DNA of 64,000 nt from Octopus sinensis (taxonomy: Eukaryota). Of the stretch, positions 55,101-64,000 are shown in pieces (the stretch's first letter is position 1; every line of letters begins with the position of its first letter). Made by a program: the position numbers and the translations under genes. The notes under the pieces were generated by a model, which ran no database searches, had not been told where the DNA came from, and saw only the letters and a program-made list of their open reading frames with translations. Location: NCBI RefSeq assembly GCF_006345805.1, contig NC_043012.1:47554001-47618000 (forward strand), in the 5' to 3' direction.

Positions 55101-56544
55101 TTTTGAGCCTGCGCTCTTAAATACATTTCTACATCACCCTTCAAAGTATATGCAACCGAATTTCCTTCCCGTTTTATGTTTGGGTATTTTTATTTATTAA
55201 TACAAGGAAATAATATTCGGTACACAAGTACATCCGTGTAAGAGCACGTATGTATCGTCATCTATGTGAGTTAGAAGGAAATTGTAAAAGGAAAAGTCTG
55301 TATATTTAGAGTGCCTGTACAGCTTACATAACTGAACTCTTGCAAGGCAAAACTTATTCATTATGTAATATTTCGTTTCATCATAATTGGATAGTACACG
55401 GAACTTATTCTATACGTTATGCTATTTCAGATTTGTCAGTGATGTAATGAATTTTGAAAGGAAAATTCTATATCCACAGTCCAACGATGCAGGCAGGGGA
55501 TCAAAGAAGCCTATCAAAGGTATCTTTTGGCTTTTATTTTGCTACAACCATCGTTCTGATTTATCTGTTGCGGTGAGATTTACTTTGCTATGTTTTCCGC
55601 AGTTTATTGAATTATTTCTATTCGAGTATTTCTTCAACGGTCTTGCTCGATGTATCATGTTGATGCCGCTCGATTAACATAAGAACGGCTATCGGGAAGT
55701 CTTTAAATGATCTGCTTCTTATTAAAGATGGAAATTATGATTTTTATAACATCCCTGGCTAAAAAAGATTTTATTTGATGGCCACCATTATAATATCACT
55801 ACTGCAAGGCTTGCATCATCTACACGAGATTGTGTTTGAACAATTTAGCGGATATCATTTAAAAGCATCCTATTAACATGTGGGTTGTTTGAAGGAAAGG
55901 TATGAAGTGAATCAAACGCCTGAAGTTAAAGTTCATAGTGATCATAGGTAGGGGTCACATTTGAACAACTCTATACGAGATTCTTAAGTCTTTCTCGAGA
56001 CAATTTGTAAAGGGATTTTAGTAAATAGAGATCAAATTCCAAATACACGGATATTGAAAACTTCTCCCTGAACAAGACTTTAAGAGAATGCAAAAGATAT
56101 CCATGAACTGTGGTAAAAATTATAGTGAATTGCTTGTGATTGTGAAACCAGTGCTACACATCAGTGTTTGATCATACGAATAAAAACCACATTCTTTAGT
56201 ATGTGGAATTGCAGCGCTCAAGCGTATTAGCTGCGAAGAATAGTGAAAGAGGAGGAAAGTGAATCAAGAATAATAATAGAGCAACTAGCATAATTTAGCT
56301 AAATAAAAAAAAAATGGAAAAAATCATCACCATAGAGTTCCTGGATTGCTACCAGAGATCCACTAAGTTTTATTCAAGGAATTCGTGCGTGAGTATTAGA
56401 GAATGCTCTTTGAAAAACGAACGAAAGTGTTAGCACAAAATAGGCTGAATGATTACCTATGGAAATGAAAATATTTCGAACCTACCTCAGTCGATAAATA
56501 TATCCCTGTTCACAGTTAGTTTATTACATCGATGCATTGAGCGC

Positions 56545-56643
56545 TTTCATATATATATATATATATATATAATATATATATATATTATATATATATATTA
56601 TATATATATATATATATATACTACACATATACACACACACACG

Positions 56644-56715
<72 letters not shown>

Positions 56716-56717
56716 AT

Positions 56718-56788
<71 letters not shown>

Positions 56789-56835
56789 GCTAGACAGACA
56801 AACAGACGGATGGATGGAGGACGGATGGATGGATA
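56545..56835. repeat. (TA)n/(CA)n/(GATA)n/(GACA)n tract
   Basis: Direct inspection. Confidence 0.9.
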
Positions 56836-57220
56836 GATAGAGTCTTAGACATTCATGCAAAATCAATATGCAAAGAGCAATAAAGCAAAACACATTTATA
56901 TATCTGTTATACCATACAGATATTCTCTAATGCAGTAGTATCTTGAAAACGGCTCGACATACACGTACAAACTAATGTTCAGATAAATATTTGCCCAAAC
57001 ATGAAGTTAATCGCACGCACTATCACACTCATACAAGCACAAACTCACAGAACCTCAGAAGATATAAGCACAAATGACATAAGTGCACATACACACGTAC
57101 ACAAAAACACACAGACACACACACACACACACACGCGCGCAAATATGGTTGCGAGTACTAGCACACATTCTTACAAATTTATGTCAAGCAGGAAAAAAAT
57201 TTATGAAATTTTGTAAAGAT

Positions 57221-57293
57221 ACTACTACTACTACTACTGCTGCTGTTGCTAATATTACTACTACTTACTACTACTACTACTACTACTACTACA

Positions 57294-57330
<37 letters not shown>

Positions 57331-57415
57331 GCTGCTGCTGTTGCTGTGTACGCTACCCTTGATGCTGCCGCCGCAGCTCCTGGTGGTGTTGCTGCTTATG
57401 ATGATGATGATGATG
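57221..57415. repeat. (TAC)n/(TGC)n/(TGA)n trinucleotide tract
   Basis: Direct inspection. Confidence 0.9.
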
Positions 57416-57879
57416 ACAAATATAAATTTCATGCCTTTGATTTGTATCTTCTGGTTTCTTATTGGAAATGTTATCATGTTTTACTTTTGTGTAAAAGATA
57501 CAATACAGCAAATAATCTGTTCAATGCTACAGATTTACTTGTCAGTTTTTGACCTTAACCAGTTGAGTATGTCCATTTGAAGTTGACGATACGTGCATCG
57601 CTCTTCACGAGCACATGTAGTGGAGGGGTGTCATAGCTGTGTGTTCAGAAGTATTCTTCGGGGCTTGAATAATTCCCTCCTAGGGACATGGGTGTTTTGT
57701 TTAATATCCTTAAACAACCCTTGTTCAAAGAAATTTTGAACAGAATTTGATACTAAAACTGAAGAAAAATTATATTGTACAGAATAAAAAAAGAATACTT
57801 TCGGCAGACAGAGACTCTCAAAATGTTCAGTCCCCTCCCCCGCCCAAAAAGAAGTGGAGAAACTTAAATACAAAGATCC

Positions 57880-58070
57880 CGAAGCTGATTATTTCTTTAA
57901 GACCATTTGAGCTCTTTTTAAATCAATGGCTTTCCAGGAAGTAGATTTTGAGGTAAAGATGAAGGTATGAAATTCAATACAGCATGTTTCACATCCAAAT
58001 TCAGAAATAGAAAGAATTGAAAAAGGGCAAAAACACAAAAAATTAAAAAAAACGTTGATAACCTCACTCC
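57880..58070 (+). mobile_element. Possible hAT-like transposase C-terminal remnant
   Basis: HVSHPNSEIERI resembles the PHSNAxxERxFS motif of hAT dimerisation domains; a single short motif only. Confidence 0.25.
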
Positions 58071-60155
58071 GCTGCAGGCCGAGGAAAGAACGAGCAGCGA
58101 GGTGATTGGAAGGCATGTTGGTTGCCGTGTGGCACGTCAATATAAAGAGGTAGTGTTGAATGCTGAATGTTATGTGGTTCAATGAGAATGAAGTCTCCTG
58201 CTGCAGAAAACTCTCATGATTCCAACTTTTTCTAATGGTATTCTATTAGCCGCTGTTCCTTGCAGCTGGTTGAACTCATACTAGCTTCACTCAAACATTC
58301 ACTACGCACTGGTCTCTTCTCTTTCAAAGAATCCTGAACGATGTACAAGTGTAGTCATTCTTTCAAGAGCTCATTTTCCTCTCCTGGCACTCTCTGTATA
58401 ACTTTGTAATTATTACAGATATCCTTGTTGTTAGTGTTACTTATTGTGCTCTTGGTTTGCCGTACTTCAGTGAATTTATGGTGCGTTCACTGAAGCGCGA
58501 AATAAAATGATTGGCATTGGATTGGTAAACTTGTTAGAGCGTTGCGATACCCAGAATTTCCATCCCGTCGAGGTTACCTTTGCATTCCCTTATTTCACAG
58601 TGATGAAATAAATTACTAATTAATTACATGGATTAATATAATAAGCTTATTCTGCTTCCCGAAGTTCTAGCTTTGTATATACGTAGGAAATGTTTTACCG
58701 ATTCTCTGTCTTGTTTCACATTGCATACGTGTTAACGCTGAATCGCATCATTGCAGGAGTGATACATTAATTACCCGTTAATTAATCGAAGAAATCGATA
58801 ACGCATACCTTCCTAAGCCGTACGGTAAGGAATCAATGTAAAAAGTCATTGTTATCTTGGCAAGAAATGTTGCCCTTGCGTATAGTAAACTTTCGGTATT
58901 AGTGTATTCATGAAAAGAATTTGTATTCACTGGATAAAGCTAATATATTATTGAAGTTTCTAAGGGATGTCAGTTGAACTTACACTAATTGGCTCCTATT
59001 TAATTTTATTTCATATCCGTTGGACGAAAACGTTGGAGTAATAGCCATGAATTTTGGGGATCTGCTAGTGCTGATGTTATTGAGGTCATTGAGGGCCAGC
59101 TTGTCCTTTTGTTAGATTAATTTAGAAGCTATATTTCTGTCTACAAAATTGCATGCATTCGGATCATATTTTGAGTCTGATAACTTCCGATTCAAAGGTC
59201 ATCAAAACCTGGAATGGCTCCAGGGGCGCTACCCGTGTTCCTGTGATAAAATCATTAAATGAAAATGTTTGGGTCTGAAAAAACAATGCGAGTGGAAAAG
59301 ATATTTCAGAGGCACTCAGACTTGTTGATCCCTCTAGCATCTTTTCAATAAATATTAACATCGGAGTTATGTGATATGTTTCTTCGTTCAGTAAGTAAAA
59401 ATTCGCACTCGTAAAATTAATTGTATTATAGGAAATTGTGTCCAGTCACTGATGTTACATGGCACTCAATGAAAAATTGTCCTCCTTTACGCTCTGACAA
59501 TACATGAAGTATGCATGGTTTATCGTCCATTCAATATTTTTTACCAACAGCGAATATATTCCATTCAAAAGCAAATGTAGGAATTGAGGTCCCGGTAATA
59601 ACTCACGCTACTGTGATTTTTATTAATATTATAAAGCTACATAAAAGTATGCGTCTTTCCTGTTTTTCAAGACGTTAATATATGATGTAAAGTAACTTGG
59701 CTGGTATATCTAGCATGACAATCATCCGCGCAAAATGTCAGTAATTAACATTTAAATTATCTCTCCCCTTTCATCTAACAAAATAAGCACTTGATCCGAG
59801 AGATCCTAAGTCCCATACGCCAGCCCTGCCCTGTTAGTTAATTCTCTCTTTCATTTAAGGTAACGTGCTACCACACGAAAGTATTTTGCTGTTGAACTGG
59901 CATTGATATTTGAAAACAGAACGTGAATATCTCTACATTTTATAAACATTCAAATGAATTAATAAACCTTGACATACGAACGTAGGCACAAGATCACACA
60001 CAGAGACGAGGAACACGTAGAAAAGACAAAAATACTCCCTCATATACGCATTTATATATACCCATTTACATTAATACACACACGCACACAAAGACATGTG
60101 TGTGCGCTCTTGTGTGTAGTATGTATATGTATATATATATATATCAACTTTCTTA

Positions 60156-60198
<43 letters not shown>

Positions 60199-61440
60199 TA
60201 CAAGACATAAGAATAATAGAGGGAGAGATTATACTCAGGCTTCAAGAAAAATGTAGATATAAGATTATGTACTATTAATCAATACTGGATCAAATGCTAG
60301 AGTCTATAGTTTTCTTCTTAAATCGATGATTCTTTTACAAACACACACACAGAAATGTGTGTCTGTGTGCATGTGTGTATGTAGATAGAGATACACATAT
60401 ATATGTAGACGGTAGATATATACACATATATACACAAATATACATATATAGACAAATTTTAATGACTTGTAGACACCCAGCATTTTATTATGCAACCATT
60501 GTATACTGCAAAGTATATTAAACGCTTCCATAAGTCACTACCATGTATTACTCTGTTATCGTGCACTTAAATCACGTGTTAATGTCATCTTTACAGATTT
60601 TCTATAGAGGTTAAAGCCAAATTATAGCCAGCACAGATTTTGTTACGGTGTTTCGTATCCGAGACGTCAGATGTAAACAGCCATTTCGATAAAAGACGAA
60701 AAAATTGAGTAACAGGCATATATTCCATATTTCGGGAGTTTTGTTCCTTCATCAGAATCCGTCTAACCCATTAGTGATCCATTAACTAATTGCTTAAATA
60801 GTCGCTGCATATAACAGTGTATAAAACGCTGCATATAACGTCATTGGATATACTAATTTGCATATGAAACACATTCTTCAAAGTTTGTAGGTAAATATGT
60901 GACTTGTAGGAAAACATTATTTCGTCATGCAACCATAAAATGCTACAAAGAACATTCAACTTTTTTAAATAAGTCAACAGCATGTGCTTCTGTGTTAGTA
61001 GTGCATTTAAATTAAAGTCATCTCTACAGATTTTCTATGGAAACAATAGCCAATACGTATACTCTGCTTCCCTCCTGTTCAGTCCAGTGCCAAGTATTGG
61101 TCAATTTTGCCTACCTGCAAGTTCCCAGTAGACAGCAGCCGAACAAGTAGACTATTATTTCATCGTTTGTCTCCCTTATATTTCCAACACATTTTTCAAC
61201 ATTTCTTTTCGGTTCCTTCCTGGTTTTTGCTACAGTTTCCTTCCCATGTCCGAAAACTTATAACGTTTACTCATTCCCTTTCCTATGAAACTTCTAATAT
61301 TGTGAAGTTATTCCGTTATCATATGTGTGTGTGTGTATATATATATATATGTGTGTGTATTGGCTTAAGTTTTTCATTGTATGATTTGCCTAATAGTGGT
61401 TTTTCTCTCAATTTAATATAATATTAATATTTTATATATA

Positions 61441-61474
<34 letters not shown>

Positions 61475-61489
61475 CTAATTATATATATA

Positions 61490-61740
61490 TATATGTATTA
61501 TAAGAAATAAGGTACTCAGAATCTGATGTCTTTATATTTACAGATATCTATTAGTATGTCACATGTTTTAACAAATCATATATTCGCTTGCGTCCACTCT
61601 AGTGGAGTCTTCTCGGACTAGAGTGGACGCAAGCGCTAATATATGATTTATGAAGCCATGTGACATATTAATACATATCTGTAAATATAAAACCATCCAG
61701 ATTTCTGAGTACCTTATTTCTTCTAATATATAATACATGT
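61490..61740. mobile_element. Fold-back element (arms ~61490-61603 and 61617-61740) in TA tracts
   Basis: Inverted arms with a 13-nt loop. The outer end AAATAAGGTACTCA also occurs at 44107. Confidence 0.7.
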
Positions 61741-62016
61741 ACATCATCTCAAAACCTTCTAATATATATATATATACATATATACAGCAAGTTGAAAGGG
61801 TGTCTTATGGCAATTAGAAACTAACGGTAAAATCAATAAAGGTTAAGTTAAATCTAAAGCCTTTTAAACAAATGCAAAATTAATACAGTTAAAGCCACGA
61901 AAGAAACACTATACTCAAAATATTGTGCTTTAGTTGATCTATGAATAATATAACACTTATTTCAGCATAAACGGTGCAAGTTAGCGTCCTCCGTCATCTT
62001 TGTGACGTCAATTAAT

Positions 62017-62052
<36 letters not shown>

Positions 62053-62448
62053 ATATAATATATATATGCTTATATATGAATATATGTACATGTATATATA
62101 TATATATATATAATATATATATATATATATAATATATACAAACATATATAGAAAACGTACAAGTAGACCGTTAGAATGTATACAGGATTTCTTTAAGTGT
62201 GAATTAAGCCTGCTATTGCTTTCATGTTAAGAAGAGTGGGAAAATATCGAAGCATCTTAAAAAATTTTCAAGCCGATCATGTGGAGAAAAGTGTACGCCT
62301 AAATTTGGGAAAATATTCTGAAATGAAGGTGAACACCTTTCACCGGCTTGAAAAATAGTCATGATACTTGGATATTTTGCCACTCTTTTTAACATGATAA
62401 CTATGGTAGTCTTAATTCACAAATAAAGCATGTATATATATGTATATA

Positions 62449-62501
<53 letters not shown>

Positions 62502-62958
62502 ATATATATATATATATTATATATATATATATATATATACCTTATAAACAAAGGCAATAGAAAATTATTTCAATGCCAATATGCTGAGAAAGACTTTAAA
62601 TCATCATTTCCACATTTATAATATACATTCACTATAGATACATGTCGTTCTGGCATTGATATAATGTTTCCATTGCCCTTGTTTATAGTTGTTTAAAATT
62701 TTAACATTTATACGCATTTTGATAAGCTGCCACTCTTGATGAATTTTTTCTGAAAAAAATTTTATCCTATATCATAATTTATATATATATATATATAAAT
62801 TATTTAAGTAATTATTTAAACCTTGGAGATGCACGTGGCAGTATGCCTATTGAAGCACTTACACTATCTATAGCTTTTTGATGTTAGCCACAGGTTTGAT
62901 ATAAGCATCAATGGATCTGCCTCAGGAATTCCTCACTGTCCATCGAGTATATAATATA

Positions 62959-63029
62959 AAATGAAACAAAAAATAGAATTCACGATGGTCTATAAAAGAC
63001 CATCGTGAATTCTATTTTTTGTTTCATTT
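62959..63029. repeat. Perfect 33-bp inverted repeat with 5-nt loop
   Basis: AAATGAAACAAAAAATAGAATTCACGATGGTCT-ATAAA-AGACCATCGTGAATTCTATTTTTTGTTTCATTT. Confidence 0.95.
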
Positions 63030-63331
63030 ATATATATCGTTTCAACTCATTTTGCATCGGTCACTCGTGGGAAAGATACTGTAAAGCAGGTTACAATGCA
63101 TCATTCGGCGCCTGTTAAAAGATCCTCTCTCAATAAACTCGGCTTAGCTCGGTTCAACGACATACATTATAAAAGAACAGAGCAAAATCGCGTTTATCGA
63201 GCGAGGTACCTTTTGAAAAGTCCCCGGACAACACACATCGGCACCTCTACCATCAGGGACTGATGCAAAATGGGTCGAAATGATCGTTGTGATTGATAAT
63301 CATGAGAATTCCATTTTCTTTTTCTCCCTTT

Positions 63332-63374
<43 letters not shown>

Positions 63375-63862
63375 TGTGTGTGTTTGCGTGTGTGTGTGTG
63401 TGTAAATATATATTTAAATATGCATATAAAGATATATACATGAACATATATGCGCGCGCACACAAACACACACAGACGTAACTATATATTTGAACATAGA
63501 GATATATTTGACATCTGACTAGATAATCGATGTGTAAGAAGTTAATCTTGTGTAACATCAAATAAATACGATTTTTCTTTTCGTTTGTTTACTGAGTAAT
63601 GGGAACTGGTGTCGCAGCGACCTAAATGATCAGAGTCAAGGCATTATGATTACCTTCGTTTCAGTTTTGTCTTGTTTTGCTTTTATTTTGCATTGAATAG
63701 CAAGTTACCTACAAACTGGAAGGTAAAACGGTTTGATTTTATAAAGATGATAAAACAACAACTTATTTATAAATTTTAGTGGTACATTTGCAAAATGTAA
63801 TTACGACAAAGCTGATTCAAATACTATTGCTACTCCCCTGAATAGTTGTAATAATAATAATG

Positions 63863-64000
63863 ACTAGCTTAAGGTGACCCGCTCTACGCGCGGGTAAGAA
63901 TGTGGTTGTTACATTTCTGTTGCTTCCTTTCAGCACGTAAAAAGCACCATCCGAACGTGGCCGATTGCAGCGCCGCCTTGACTGGCTTCTGTGCCGGTGG
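63863..64000 (+). mobile_element. Possible Helitron-like 5' end followed by an interspersed repeat running off the window
   Basis: ACTAGC..ACCCGC-TCTACGC-GCGGGT hairpin resembles non-autonomous Helitron 5' ends; incomplete. Confidence 0.3.

Noticed and set aside
58462-58500. CTTCAGTGAA/TTCACTGAAG hairpin as pre-miRNA
   Set aside because: The stem is too short and does not extend; no known miRNA was recognised.
60715-60765. Minus-strand CTGATGA-AGGA..TCCC-GAAA as a hammerhead
   Set aside because: Stem III, the cleavage triplet and stem I are not recoverable; at best a decayed remnant.
63255-63292. CTGATGC...GAAATGATCGTT as a hammerhead
   Set aside because: Core mismatch, with no stem II or stem I pairing.

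Overview
AT-rich, microsatellite-dense eukaryotic DNA with no confidently identifiable host protein-coding gene. The SINE families and repeat landscape suggest a cephalopod, probably Octopus; this is an inference. Nearly all ORFs in the supplied track are artefacts of (TA)n, (TG)n or (TAGA)n tracts. Recognisable coding sequence is all decayed transposable element. It comprises three R4/Dong-clade non-LTR fragments (1.8-3.8 kb, 14.6-15.8 kb, 49.4-51.4 kb), an RTE-clade 3' end (29.4-29.8 kb), several Penelope-like (PLE) RT and GIY-YIG fragments (11.3, 19.1, 20-21.2, 24.4, 40.4, 43 kb), a DD37D-type Tc1/mariner pseudogene (33.1-34.2 kb), mariner/Tc1 end fragments, and about 15 tRNA-derived SINE copies from at least four families. 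Four observations stand out. (1) A tRNA-headed SINE has an internal (AAT)n linker and a hammerhead-ribozyme-like tail (9.6-9.8 kb). (2) A second copy of that SINE has a ~2 kb Dong/R4 element inserted in its (AAT)n linker (49.3-51.8 kb). (3) A series of fold-back (inverted-arm) insertions sit in or beside TA tracts; those whose polarity can be read point their 3' ends outward and carry hammerhead-like motifs. (4) One of these is a ~4.46 kb palindrome (44.1-48.6 kb) that may be biological or an assembly artefact. A possible first exon and promoter of a minus-strand host gene lies at 0.3-1.2 kb. All alignments and folds were done by eye; many element boundaries are approximate.
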